Shown piece by piece: positions 1 through 10,035 of a stretch of DNA of 64,000 nucleotides. The position numbers and the translations under genes were made by a program. The stretch is from NCBI GenBank assembly GCA_963817915.1, contig CAWFQL010000017.1, forward strand, positions 384,001 to 448,000. Direction: 5' to 3'. The number at the start of each line of letters is the position of its first letter. Position 1 is the stretch's first letter. Under the pieces are notes generated by a model. It searched no databases, had not been told where the DNA came from, and worked only from the letters and a program-made list of their open reading frames with translations. The DNA is from an uncultured candidate division Zixibacteria bacterium. GTDB taxonomy: Bacteria; Zixibacteria; MSB-5A5; UBA10806.

Positions 1-155
1 CTCGCTACATCCTTGCCTATCTCCGGGAGCTTCCAATTGAGCTCATTGAATTTCATCCCGGCGATGACCTTGGAGCCGAGGGAGGCCTTGTCTTGAGCAA
101 TGACATTTCCCGCTATGACGATTCCAATTAGTATGAAAATAGCTAATTTCTTCAT
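1..155 (-). CDS. 5' part of a secreted protein, probably the second subunit of an M16 peptidase pair (truncated by the window edge)
   Basis: ATG at 155 overlaps the upstream stop (ATGA). Reads MKKLAIFILIGIVIAGNVIAQDKASLGSK..., a signal peptide. M16B genes commonly occur as tandem pairs. Confidence 0.6.
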   Translation of the reverse strand, partial: MKKLAIFILIGIVIAGNVIAQDKASLGSKVIAGMKFNELNWKLPEIGKDVA

Positions 156-1726
156 TTTGCCACCCCCTGAGCCGGATTCATTTTCTTGATATTCGAGGCT
201 TCCGGTTTCGAATCGCCATTTTTTGGCTTAATTATGGTTGCGACTGTCCTATTTTTTTCGGTGAAATATTTGGCCATGACCCGCTTGATATCATCCGATG
301 TGACTTTGCTCCGCAGTTCCTTTAGCTTCGTTATATATGTCCAGTCGCCAATCAACGCCTGCATGCTGGAAAGCCTGAACGCCATTCCCATATTTGATTG
401 CATTCCGCGAATATATTCCGCTTCGAGTTGATTTCGTACACGAGTAAGTTCCCAATCGGTGGCGCCATCAGTTTGTAGTTTATTCATTTCCACGTATATC
501 GCTTGTTCAACCTCGGCGACAGTGTGAGGCGCACGGGGAGACGCCGATATCGAAAACAGACTCGGCATTCTACCGAAATCGGATGACGCATAAATCGATG
601 TCACGAGTTGTTGTTGCTCGACAAGGCTCTTGTATAGACGGCTTGTTCTTCCTCTTGAAAGAAGATAAGAAATAATATCGAACACTTCCTTATCCACCGC
701 GCCGCCTGCCGGTTCGTGCCAGGCAATTACTAATTCGGGTTGAGCATCAAATTCGACTTCCACTCGCCGTTCGCCGGCTTGCTCCGGTTCAGCTGTCGTA
801 ATTGCGGGAGGGGGAACTTTCGATGGCGGGATATGCTCGAAATAACGTCCCATCAATTTCACTACATCATCAAAATTCACATCGCCAACGATAGCAATAA
901 TAGCGTTATTCGGTGAATAGTATTGATAATAAAATGATTCTACTTGTTCACGCAAAACAGTTTCGAGATCCGACGCCCATCCTACTACCGGCCATCGATA
1001 TGGACTTGCGGTAAAAGCCGTTGATGACAATTGCTCTTCGAGTTTGCCGTCGGGATCGTTGTCCGTTCTCAGGCGACGCTCTTCATATACAACATCGCGC
1101 TCAGAATAAAACTCCCGGAATATCGGATGCTCCATGCGGTCAGATTCAAGATAGGCCCAGAGCTCGAGCTTATTTGATGGCAACGATACGAAATATTGAG
1201 TGCCATCGTTGCTGGTAGAGGCGTTAAGATTGTTGCCGCCGTTCTTTAGATATGTTTCCCAGAGTTCATCCTTAACAGTGTATTGCTTTTCGGTTTCCTG
1301 TATCTTGGCAATCAATGCCTTAAGCGAATCGACCTTCTCATTTCCGCCCCTGTACAATGGATTGCGGGTTTCCACGACTGCCGCGGTCAATTGATGGGCC
1401 AGCGTATCGATACGCGACATCAGCGGCACTTCGGCATCATAGTTGGTTGTGCCGATATTTTCCGTGCCCTTAAATAGCATATGCTCCAAAAGATGGGCGC
1501 TTCCGGTAATTCCCGGTTTTTCGTCCGCGCTTCCCACTTTAAATCGGACAAGGCAAGTCACGGTGGGGGAAAGGTGTCTTTCTACCACCAATAGCTGCAA
1601 CCCGTTAGAATAAGTATGGGTTTTGACATTCAAATCAACCGATTTTGTCGGCTGAACTTTAGCGTTTCCGGCAGCAATCCAGATAAAAATAAAGAGCGTC
1701 GGAAAGATGATAAGACGTTTAAGCAT
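152..1726 (-). CDS. M16 family (pitrilysin/insulinase-like) zinc peptidase, secreted
   Basis: Inverted zinc motif HLLEH (GSAHLLEHMLFKGT), NAST..D.T.Y, ERDVVYEERR. AGGAGG lies 6 nt upstream of ATG 1726; signal peptide. Confidence 0.92.
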   Translation of the reverse strand: MLKRLIIFPTLFIFIWIAAGNAKVQPTKSVDLNVKTHTYSNGLQLLVVERHLSPTVTCLVRFKVGSADEKPGITGSAHLLEHMLFKGTENIGTTNYDAEVPLMSRIDTLAHQLTAAVVETRNPLYRGGNEKVDSLKALIAKIQETEKQYTVKDELWETYLKNGGNNLNASTSNDGTQYFVSLPSNKLELWAYLESDRMEHPIFREFYSERDVVYEERRLRTDNDPDGKLEEQLSSTAFTASPYRWPVVGWASDLETVLREQVESFYYQYYSPNNAIIAIVGDVNFDDVVKLMGRYFEHIPPSKVPPPAITTAEPEQAGERRVEVEFDAQPELVIAWHEPAGGAVDKEVFDIISYLLSRGRTSRLYKSLVEQQQLVTSIYASSDFGRMPSLFSISASPRAPHTVAEVEQAIYVEMNKLQTDGATDWELTRVRNQLEAEYIRGMQSNMGMAFRLSSMQALIGDWTYITKLKELRSKVTSDDIKRVMAKYFTEKNRTVATIIKPKNGDSKPEASNIKKMNPAQGVAK

Positions 1727-1898
1727 CAATCGCCTCCTAAGGCTTTTTAAGAAAAAATTCATTGTGCGCTGATTATAACTAATGTAATTATCCAATTCAA
1801 GTGATTTGCCTGACGCCGAATCGATAAGCTCTAAAAAATGGACTTGAATACATCTTGCTTGACAAAACTCTATAAATGTTTTGTTTAGGTTCTCTGCG

Positions 1899-3254
1899 AT
1901 GAATCACTTAACCAGCCAGGAACTCAGCCCTAAGGAAATGCGCCGAATTATCTACGCTCTGGCATTTCCGATAGTCGGTACCAATCTTCTGCTTCGAGGC
2001 GTGGGCATAGTCGATACGGCTATTGTAGGACATATATCCGCGCAAGCCCAATCGGCTGTTGGAATGTCTCAATGGATCACAAGCCTCATGCTTACGGTCA
2101 TGCAGGGCATAGGTCTTGGCGGCACTATTAAGGTAGCCTTTTACACCGGTTCCACCGATGAAAAAAGCCGTGTCGCCGCTGCTGATACTACCTTCTGGAT
2201 GGGGATAATCGGCGCGATTCTAATGACCGCAGTCGGTTTGTTGTTTACCCGCCCGCTGGCATTCGCCATGGGAGCCAGTGAAGAGCTTTATAAAGAAGTA
2301 AATTCCTATATGCTTATTATCAGTCTTTTCTTCATCGGAAAGGGCATAATTCAATCGGTCAGTGGCATCTTCCAGGGCTTCGGCGATACCAAAACACCAT
2401 TTAGAGTGATAGTAGCCGTAAATATAGTTCATATATTTATCGCATATGCCTTTGCTTTTGGCGCTTGGGGATTTCCCCGTCTGGAAATAAAAGGCGTGGC
2501 ATTGGCAACAGGCATTTCCGAAACTATGGGCGCAATCTTCCTGACATTCCTTGCCTACAAAAAGAATCTACTTAGCTTTAAATTCCATTCATTCGAGCAT
2601 TTGAAGGATATCGTCAAATTGGGTTTGCCGGTTTTCGGTGAACGGGCTCTTACCACAACTATGCAAATGATCTATACCAGCATGGTGCTGACAACATCTA
2701 TGAGCGCTTATGCCGCGCACTCGGTTGGCATGGTTATCGAATCTATTTCGTGGCTGCCCGGCTTTGGTTTCGCACAGTCAGTCACGACATTGGTGGGCCA
2801 GAATCTCGGCGCCAAGATGCCGCATAGGGCCAAGAAATTTTCCAACCAGGCGCTTTTAATCGTGGTAGTGATCATGGGGCTGGTCGGAACAACATTCTGG
2901 TTTTTTCCAAAGCTCTGGATGGGGATGTTCTCGAACGATCCCGAAGTAATTAGATATGGTACGCTTTATTGCAAAATCATCGCGTTCTCCCAGATTCCAA
3001 CAAGCCTGACCATGATGCTTGCCGGCTCTCTCAGGGGAGCGGGACAAACTTCATGGGTCATGTACAGTACTCTGATCGGTGGATGGGTTATTCGCCTGCC
3101 GATGGCGTATATTCTCGGCCGCTATTTGAATCTTGGTATATTTTATATCTGGCTTGCAATGCCCATTGATTGGGGTGTGCGTACAATTGCGCTATATATA
3201 AAGTATACCAGCACCAAATGGCATGAAAAACGCTCGTCTTCTATATCGAACTGA
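1899..3254 (+). CDS. MATE family efflux transporter
   Basis: About 12 TM segments; VDTAIVGH, GFGDTKTPF, VGQNLGAK, GSLRGAG motifs. Start is either TTG 1881 or ATG 1899. Confidence 0.9.
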   Translation: MNHLTSQELSPKEMRRIIYALAFPIVGTNLLLRGVGIVDTAIVGHISAQAQSAVGMSQWITSLMLTVMQGIGLGGTIKVAFYTGSTDEKSRVAAADTTFWMGIIGAILMTAVGLLFTRPLAFAMGASEELYKEVNSYMLIISLFFIGKGIIQSVSGIFQGFGDTKTPFRVIVAVNIVHIFIAYAFAFGAWGFPRLEIKGVALATGISETMGAIFLTFLAYKKNLLSFKFHSFEHLKDIVKLGLPVFGERALTTTMQMIYTSMVLTTSMSAYAAHSVGMVIESISWLPGFGFAQSVTTLVGQNLGAKMPHRAKKFSNQALLIVVVIMGLVGTTFWFFPKLWMGMFSNDPEVIRYGTLYCKIIAFSQIPTSLTMMLAGSLRGAGQTSWVMYSTLIGGWVIRLPMAYILGRYLNLGIFYIWLAMPIDWGVRTIALYIKYTSTKWHEKRSSSISN

Positions 3255-3338
3255 TTATAATTCAATGACTTGTCAGCAATAATGAATTTACGTAATTAAT
3301 TTGAATTATTTGCCGATAACTTCAATGGAGACAATGAT

Positions 3339-3710
3339 ATGGGTACAAGAAAAATTCTAATAGTAGACGACAACCCCAATATGTCAACATTGTTATCGGA
3401 TATTCTGGAGATATTCGATTATCGGGGTTTTCATGCTGGCGATGGCCGCGAAGCATTGGACAGTCTGAAAAAAGATAATTACGATCTTGTCTTTACCGAC
3501 TTAAGAATGCCCAATATGGATGGCTACGATCTGCTGAAAGCAATCAAATCTGATCATCCCGAAATGCCGGTTGTAGTAGTAACCGGCTATAGTGTCGCCG
3601 ACACCCAGGACGAAATGCTCTCCCAAAATGCTGATGGATTCCTGCATAAGCCATTTAAAGTAGACGAAATTCAATCGCTGCTGACAAGACTGCTCGGTTT
3701 ACCCGGCTAA
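3339..3710 (+). CDS. Single-domain response regulator (CheY-like receiver)
   Basis: KILIVDD, phosphoacceptor in TDLRMPNMDG, FLHKPF; GGAG RBS. Confidence 0.92.
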   Translation: MGTRKILIVDDNPNMSTLLSDILEIFDYRGFHAGDGREALDSLKKDNYDLVFTDLRMPNMDGYDLLKAIKSDHPEMPVVVVTGYSVADTQDEMLSQNADGFLHKPFKVDEIQSLLTRLLGLPG

Positions 3711-3739
3711 GGTTATTTAGCATTATACCCAAAAAACCT

Positions 3740-3768
3740 TTGCCTGCCAGTCAGGCTTTTTTTATAAT
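3740..3768 (+). promoter_or_regulatory. Putative sigma70 promoter for the yggS operon
   Basis: TTGCCT-17 nt-TATAAT. Confidence 0.55.
3742..3763 (+). terminator. Putative intrinsic terminator after the receiver gene
   Basis: GCCTG-ccagt-CAGGC stem-loop followed by a T7 run. Confidence 0.55.
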
Positions 3769-3779
3769 TACGAGTTAAA

Positions 3780-4469
3780 ATGGAATGGGAACGAATTGCC
3801 GCTAATCTTAATGCGGTCAAGGAGAGGGTAAATTTTCGTTGCCAGAAGAATGCGATCGACCCGGCGGGAATAGTAATAATTGGAATCTCCAAAGGATTTC
3901 CGGCGGAGGCGGCGTCGGCCGCAATAAAGGCGGGATTGAAGCAGTTGGGCGAGAATAAAGTACAGGAAGCCGAAATGAAGATTCCATTGGTGAAACCGAG
4001 GCCGCAATGGCACATGGTAGGGCATCTTCAAAAAAATAAGGTGAAAAAGGCGTTGGAAATATTTGATTGTATTCAATCGGTGGACAGCCTCGACCTTGCT
4101 AAAATGATATCGGATCATTCCCAGAGATCGAACAGGATTGCTGAAATCTATCTTCAGGTTAATTCGTCATTCGAAAAATCAAAAAGCGGATTTAATCCGG
4201 CAGAGATTCTATCAGAGGCCGATGAGATAAAAAAGCTTGGCGGGCTAAAAATTCGAGGCCTGATGACTATTGGCCCGTTGACCGAAAACACTCAAATAAT
4301 TGAAAAAAGCTTTTCATTAACAAAGGAATTGTTCGATAATCTTAAAGGTATCGTTGGCGAGGGGTTTTCAAGGCTCAGCATGGGGATGTCGGCTGATTTC
4401 GAATTAGCCATTGACCATGGAGCCAATGTTTTAAGGATCGGCACCGCCATTTTCGGCGCCAGAAATTGA
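3780..4469 (+). CDS. yggS: YggS family PLP homeostasis protein
   Basis: GENKVQE, WHMVGHLQKNK, GLMTIG, LSMGMSADF, RIGTAIFG. Confidence 0.95.
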   Translation: MEWERIAANLNAVKERVNFRCQKNAIDPAGIVIIGISKGFPAEAASAAIKAGLKQLGENKVQEAEMKIPLVKPRPQWHMVGHLQKNKVKKALEIFDCIQSVDSLDLAKMISDHSQRSNRIAEIYLQVNSSFEKSKSGFNPAEILSEADEIKKLGGLKIRGLMTIGPLTENTQIIEKSFSLTKELFDNLKGIVGEGFSRLSMGMSADFELAIDHGANVLRIGTAIFGARN

Positions 4470-4488
4470 TCGGATCAAAGGAGGCGAA

Positions 4489-5079
4489 ATGAAAATTTCC
4501 CCTTTAGAAATTAAGAAGCAGGAATTTGCCAAAAAATTCAAGGGCTATGATCCTGAAGAGGTTCAGTCTTTTTTGGAAATGGTTTCCGGAGAGATGGAGG
4601 ATGCCTTAAAACGCAACGTGGAATTGGAGGACAAGGTCAGATTCCTCGAAGAAAAACTTGCCCATTATTCCCGCATGGAAAATGTCATGCATGAGACTCT
4701 GATGACTACCAAGAAATCGGCCGAGGAAATAAAAGCGAATGCCGAAAAAATGGCTGAATCAATATTAATCGAAGCCAAATTAAAATCCGAGGAAGTATTG
4801 TCTCATGCCCGCGAAAAGCTAATTGATATTCGCCGCGAATTGGGCGATTTGAAAAATAAAAAGGAATCATTCCTCGCGGGTTTCAGGTCATTATTGGAAA
4901 CTCAAAAATCTCTGCTTGATATTATTGAAAAAAAATCCGAAACTGAACCGAATGTCGGTTCGATCAAATTGAAGAGCGACATTTCCGACGAGGACCTTGA
5001 TAAGGTAATAAACGATTTTGAGATAAAAATGAAAACGGAAGCTAATTCGCCTAATAATATCCCGGGCGGTTCTGACTGA
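4489..5079 (+). CDS. divIVA: DivIVA domain coiled-coil protein
   Basis: N-terminal ISPLEIKKQEF.KKFKGYDPEEVQSFL followed by a long coiled coil; GGAGG RBS. Confidence 0.9.
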   Translation: MKISPLEIKKQEFAKKFKGYDPEEVQSFLEMVSGEMEDALKRNVELEDKVRFLEEKLAHYSRMENVMHETLMTTKKSAEEIKANAEKMAESILIEAKLKSEEVLSHAREKLIDIRRELGDLKNKKESFLAGFRSLLETQKSLLDIIEKKSETEPNVGSIKLKSDISDEDLDKVINDFEIKMKTEANSPNNIPGGSD

Positions 5080-5091
5080 GAGGAATTTTAA

Positions 5092-5916
5092 ATGGATTTG
5101 CAGGCTAAGATCAAAGAGACAGTCAGTTATATTAGAACTCAAACTAAAGCGTCTTCGTCAATCGGCATCATATTAGGTACCGGATTAGGCGCGCTGGCTG
5201 ACGAAATAAAAAAAGAAACGGTTATAACTTATGATAAAATCCCCAATTTCCCGGTAAGCACTGTTGAATCCCATGCCGGTAAATTGCTCTTCGGCAAACT
5301 TGGCGGCAAAGACGTCGTTGCCATGCAGGGCAGGTTCCATTACTATGAGGGATACGATCTTATACAGGTGACATTTCCAGTGCGAGTCATGAAGGAATTG
5401 GGAGTAAAAATATTGATAGTCTCGAATGCCTGCGGAGGTCTCAATCCCCAATTTACAGTCGGCGAATTGGTGCTGATAACCGATCACATTAATTTGCAGG
5501 GGAATAATCCGCTTATGGGTCGCAACGATGATAAAATGGGCTCCAGATTCCCGGATATGTTCAATTGCTACGATAAGGGACTTCGCGATCTGGCAGAGCA
5601 AACCGCGCTCGATGAAAAGGTACCGTTGCAAAAAGGTGTTTATGTGGGTGTTAGCGGTCCTAATCTCGAAACCGGCGCCGAATATCGCTTTCTGCGAATT
5701 ATAGGCGGCGATATGGTCGGAATGTCGACTGTTCCTGAAGTTCTTGTTGCGCGCCATCAGGGTACCAAGGTTCTCGGATTTTCCATGGTCACCGATATGG
5801 GCTTACCCGACGCTCAAGAAGAATGCAGCCACGAAAAAATAGTTGCCGCTGCCAACAAAGCCGAACCGAAAATGACTAAACTTGTAAGTAAAATTGTTGA
5901 GAGGATGAAGATTTAA
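5092..5916 (+). CDS. punA: Purine-nucleoside phosphorylase (trimeric type)
   Basis: GIILGTGLG, STVESHAG, QGRFHYYEG, VGMSTVPE. Confidence 0.93.
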   Translation: MDLQAKIKETVSYIRTQTKASSSIGIILGTGLGALADEIKKETVITYDKIPNFPVSTVESHAGKLLFGKLGGKDVVAMQGRFHYYEGYDLIQVTFPVRVMKELGVKILIVSNACGGLNPQFTVGELVLITDHINLQGNNPLMGRNDDKMGSRFPDMFNCYDKGLRDLAEQTALDEKVPLQKGVYVGVSGPNLETGAEYRFLRIIGGDMVGMSTVPEVLVARHQGTKVLGFSMVTDMGLPDAQEECSHEKIVAAANKAEPKMTKLVSKIVERMKI

Positions 5917-5921
5917 CTATC

Positions 5922-8900
5922 ATGTCAGAGCTTTACCGTCCAATCAATGGAGAATTCAATTTTCTCGCGAGAGAAGATGAAATAAATAAATTCTGGGAGA
6001 GTAACTCGATTTTCCAGAAATCGTTAAAAAACCGCGAATCATCGCCACGCTATATATTCTATGAAGGGCCGCCCACTGCCAACGGTCTTCCGCATATTGG
6101 TCATGCCCTGTCTCGTACTATCAAAGATGTAATCTGCCGCTACAAGACGATGAAAGGTTTCCTTGTAGATCGTAAGGCAGGATGGGATACCCACGGGCTG
6201 CCTGTTGAACTCGAAATAGAAAAGGTACTCGGCTTCAATACGAAGGACGAAATCGAAAAATACGGTATTGAGAAATTCAATGCCGAATGCAAGAAATCGG
6301 TCTTCAAGTACAAGACCGAATGGGATGACTTTACTCGAAAACTCGGCTACTGGCTCGATCTCTCGAATCCTTATATCACTTACACCAATGATTACATCGA
6401 GACAGTCTGGTGGATTTTGCGTCAATTCTGGGACAAAGAGCTTCTATATAAAGGGCATAAAATTCTTCCCTGGTGTCCTCGATGCGAGACCGCGCTGTCA
6501 TCGCACGAAGTGGCTCAAGGATACAAAGAAGTTTCTGATCCATCGATATTCGTGACGATGAAGCTTATCGACAAGCCTGATACTTATTTTCTGGTATGGA
6601 CTACTACACCTTGGACTTTGATTTCCAATGTTGCCATTGCTATGAGCCCCAATGAAACTTATGTCACCGTCAAGCATGGTGATAAAAAACTCATTCTGGC
6701 CGAAGCGAGGCTTAGTGTTTTGCCTGAGGCGTATGAGATAATCGATCGCAATTTAGGCAAGGAATATGACGGCGTAAAATACGAGCCATTATATAATTTC
6801 TATAAAGTCGAAAAAGGGCATTTCGCGGCTATGGCCGATTTTGTAACAATGGAAGATGGCTCTGGAATTGTCCATATGGCTCCCGCGTTTGGTGCTGATG
6901 ACTACGAGCTCGGGCGGAAAGCAGGGCTTTCCATTATCCAGGCTGTGAATATCGAAGGCAATTTCCTTCCTGAAGTCAAGCCTTGGGCCGGATGGTTTGT
7001 TAAAAAAGCCGATCCTGAGATTATTAAAGATTTGCAGAAACGCGGCCTGTTACTTTTCGAACAAAGATATGTTCACAACTACCCATTCTGCTGGAGATGC
7101 GATTCACCTCTTCTATATTATGCGCGTTCATCATGGTTTATAAAGACGACTGCGTTCAAAGATCAGATGATTGCCGCCAATAACGAAATTAAATGGTATC
7201 CCGCTGAAATCGGCAAGGGGCGTTTCGGCGAATGGCTTGAAAATAATATAGATTGGGCATTGTCGCGTGAACGATATTGGGGGACACCCTTACCGGTCTG
7301 GATTTGCCCTAAATGCCAGAAACAGCATTGCGTAGGCTCAATCGACGAATTGCGCAAAATGGCTATTGATTTCCCGCGGGAACTCGACCTTCATCGCCCC
7401 TATATCGACAGAATACACATCAAGTGTCCTGCATGCGGCGAAAAAATGGAACGTGTAACCGAAGTAATTGATACCTGGTTTGATTCGGGCTCGATGCCAT
7501 ACGGGCAGGAGCATTATCCATTCGAACACAAAGATGAATTCGAAAGTCGATATTTCCCGGCGGATTTTATCGCCGAAGGTCTCGATCAGACTCGCGGCTG
7601 GTTTTATTCCATGCTGGCTATTTCGATATTTATTTCCGGCCGTTCCAGCTATAAGAGTTGTATCGTAAATAACATGGTGCTTGATTCTGAAGGCCGCAAG
7701 ATGTCGAAAAGATTGGGAAATTCGGTTGACCCCAAAAAGCTCTTGATCGAATATGGGGCGGATGCTGTCAGATGGTATCTTATGAGTTCTTCGCAGGTTT
7801 GGCTTCCGAAAAAATTTGATAAGGAAGCATTGACGGAAATTATTAGACGTTTCTTCTCGACATTCCAAAATAGCTATTCATTCTATGCCTTATATGCCAA
7901 TATCGATAATTTCAAACCCCAGGCAAATAATCCGCCTGTCAATCAGAGGCCGTCAATCGATCGTTGGATTATATCGCGGTTAAATGGATTGATCGCCGAG
8001 GTTGATGATTCTTACACCCAGAACGATATCACTCGCGGCGCGCGGGCCATCGCTGATTTTACAGTCGATGATCTTTCCAACTGGTATGTCAGACGCAACC
8101 GCCGACGTTACTGGGGCTCTAAAGACGATATCGATAAAAAGGCGGCCTATCAGACCCTCTATGATTGCTTGCTGACAGTCTGCAGACTCTCTGCGCCATT
8201 GGCGCCATTTATGTCCGATGATATCTATCGTCGCCTGACAGAAAATCTTGGCAATTACCCTGAATCGATTCACCTCAATGATTTCCCCATAGCGGATTCA
8301 AGTCTTCGCGATAAGGCTCTCGAAGATGAAATGGATATCGCACGACGAGTGGTGGAGTTGGGACGTGCCGCCAGAAAAGAATCCAAGATGAAAGTCCGTC
8401 AGCCTCTGGCCAGAATGGTTATCATGGGTCTTTCATCTACCGAATGCGATATGCTGAAGAAAATGGATTCCATCGTGCTGGAAGAAATAAATGTCAAAAA
8501 ACTCGATTTCGATAAAAAAGAAGAAATCTATTTTACCATGCATGCCGAGCCAGATTTCAAGAAAATTGGTCCAAAATTCGGCGCAAGGGCTAAGGACATC
8601 GCAAATTCAATCAAGGCATTGGCAAGAGATCAGATAGTCCAACTCACCAAAGATGGAAAGCTATCCATTGGGTATGACGGCTCTGCCGCAACAATCGATC
8701 CTGAAGATGCTAGAATCAAGATTGTCTCTATGGACGGTTTCTCTGTCAGCTCCGATGGCCGTGTTAAAGTCGCATTGGACCTGGCGCTGAACGATAATCT
8801 TTTGGCCGAAGGTAACGCTCGCGAGCTGGTCAACAAAATTCAAAATTTGAGAAAGACCGCCGGTTTGCAGGTAACAGATAGAATATCGCTTGGTATATCT

Positions 8901-9056
8901 ATCAATCCCGAATCCGAAAAGGCGCTTAAGATATATAAGGACTATATCAAACGCGAGACGCTGGCAGAGGGTATATCGGATAAGCCTGAACAGGCCCATA
9001 CGCAGGAATGTGATCTTAATGGAGCCAAAACAATTATTGCGCTTCAGAAGATTTAG
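5922..9056 (+). CDS. ileS: Isoleucine--tRNA ligase, type 2
   Basis: EGPPTANGLPHIGH, GWDTHGLPVE, WTTTPWTL, KMSKR; 1044 aa with a type 2 C-terminus. Confidence 0.97.
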   Translation: MSELYRPINGEFNFLAREDEINKFWESNSIFQKSLKNRESSPRYIFYEGPPTANGLPHIGHALSRTIKDVICRYKTMKGFLVDRKAGWDTHGLPVELEIEKVLGFNTKDEIEKYGIEKFNAECKKSVFKYKTEWDDFTRKLGYWLDLSNPYITYTNDYIETVWWILRQFWDKELLYKGHKILPWCPRCETALSSHEVAQGYKEVSDPSIFVTMKLIDKPDTYFLVWTTTPWTLISNVAIAMSPNETYVTVKHGDKKLILAEARLSVLPEAYEIIDRNLGKEYDGVKYEPLYNFYKVEKGHFAAMADFVTMEDGSGIVHMAPAFGADDYELGRKAGLSIIQAVNIEGNFLPEVKPWAGWFVKKADPEIIKDLQKRGLLLFEQRYVHNYPFCWRCDSPLLYYARSSWFIKTTAFKDQMIAANNEIKWYPAEIGKGRFGEWLENNIDWALSRERYWGTPLPVWICPKCQKQHCVGSIDELRKMAIDFPRELDLHRPYIDRIHIKCPACGEKMERVTEVIDTWFDSGSMPYGQEHYPFEHKDEFESRYFPADFIAEGLDQTRGWFYSMLAISIFISGRSSYKSCIVNNMVLDSEGRKMSKRLGNSVDPKKLLIEYGADAVRWYLMSSSQVWLPKKFDKEALTEIIRRFFSTFQNSYSFYALYANIDNFKPQANNPPVNQRPSIDRWIISRLNGLIAEVDDSYTQNDITRGARAIADFTVDDLSNWYVRRNRRRYWGSKDDIDKKAAYQTLYDCLLTVCRLSAPLAPFMSDDIYRRLTENLGNYPESIHLNDFPIADSSLRDKALEDEMDIARRVVELGRAARKESKMKVRQPLARMVIMGLSSTECDMLKKMDSIVLEEINVKKLDFDKKEEIYFTMHAEPDFKKIGPKFGARAKDIANSIKALARDQIVQLTKDGKLSIGYDGSAATIDPEDARIKIVSMDGFSVSSDGRVKVALDLALNDNLLAEGNARELVNKIQNLRKTAGLQVTDRISLGISINPESEKALKIYKDYIKRETLAEGISDKPEQAHTQECDLNGAKTIIALQKI

Positions 9057-9084
9057 TAGTATATAGGCCGCGGAGGAAAGCCCG

Positions 9085-9471
9085 ATGAAGAAAAAAGACC
9101 TCGATAAATACGAAAAGCTTCTTCTCGAGAAGCGCAGTAAACTCGTAGAAGAATTTGGCTTGTTGAAGAAAAACGCGCTGGATACTACTATCAAGGAAAA
9201 CACAGGGGATCTATCCTCATATTCGTATCACATGGCTGATCTTGGTACAGATGCCATGGAACGTGAAAAAGCATTCCTCTTTGCCTCGAAATCCGGACGT
9301 TTGCTTTATCATATAGATGAAGCGCTTCGACGTGTCAGGAGTAAAACCTTCGGGAAATGCCTCGAATGCGGCGAACCGATTTCCGAAGAGAGACTTACAG
9401 CAGTTCCCCATGCCAGACTATGCATTAAATGCAAGGAGCTGGAGGAAATTAAAAAATCAAAATCAGGATAA
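9085..9471 (+). CDS. TraR/DksA family C4 zinc-finger regulator
   Basis: Coiled coil with HMADLGTD; CLEC...CIKC zinc finger. Confidence 0.9.
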   Translation: MKKKDLDKYEKLLLEKRSKLVEEFGLLKKNALDTTIKENTGDLSSYSYHMADLGTDAMEREKAFLFASKSGRLLYHIDEALRRVRSKTFGKCLECGEPISEERLTAVPHARLCIKCKELEEIKKSKSG

Positions 9472-9480
9472 TCGATACCA

Positions 9481-10035
9481 ATGCGAGCCCGTCAAATTAT
9501 CCCCTATTCATTGGTATCATTAGCAATAATTCTTTTCGATCAAATTACAAAGATTCTCGTTCTCAACAATCTTCACGAAAATGAAGCTATATCCGTAATC
9601 GGAAATTTTCTTTATTTTCGATTCGTTTATAATCAAGGCGGCGCCTGGGGTACCAGTATAGGTCCATCCTGGGTCTATACGATTTTAAGCATTGTGGCTC
9701 TTATATTGATCATAAAGTATTTTATTGGCGCCAAGACTGCGGGCAAAATTGACAAAATTTCGCTTTCAATAATATTCGGCGGCGCAGTCGGAAATTTGAT
9801 AGATCGGATAGTGTATGGCAAGGTTGTGGATTTTATCGATATGGATATTCCTGATATACCGTTTCTCAATCTCTATCGATGGTTTACATTCAATATCGCC
9901 GATGCCGCCATTACAATAGGATTGGTTATTTTCGCATTCAGCCTTTTTATGAAAAAAGATGATAAGACCGAGAATATAGAAGATTCTTCTGGACTTCCCT
10001 CCGGGGAGATCAAGAGTGACTCATCACAAGCTTAA
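9481..10035 (+). CDS. lspA: Lipoprotein signal peptidase II
   Basis: DQITK, N.GGAWG, GNLIDR, VVDFID, FNIAD. Confidence 0.95.
   Translation: MRARQIIPYSLVSLAIILFDQITKILVLNNLHENEAISVIGNFLYFRFVYNQGGAWGTSIGPSWVYTILSIVALILIIKYFIGAKTAGKIDKISLSIIFGGAVGNLIDRIVYGKVVDFIDMDIPDIPFLNLYRWFTFNIADAAITIGLVIFAFSLFMKKDDKTENIEDSSGLPSGEIKSDSSQA

Noticed and set aside
5917..5921. T-box leader before ileS
   Set aside because: The intergenic gap is 5 nt.
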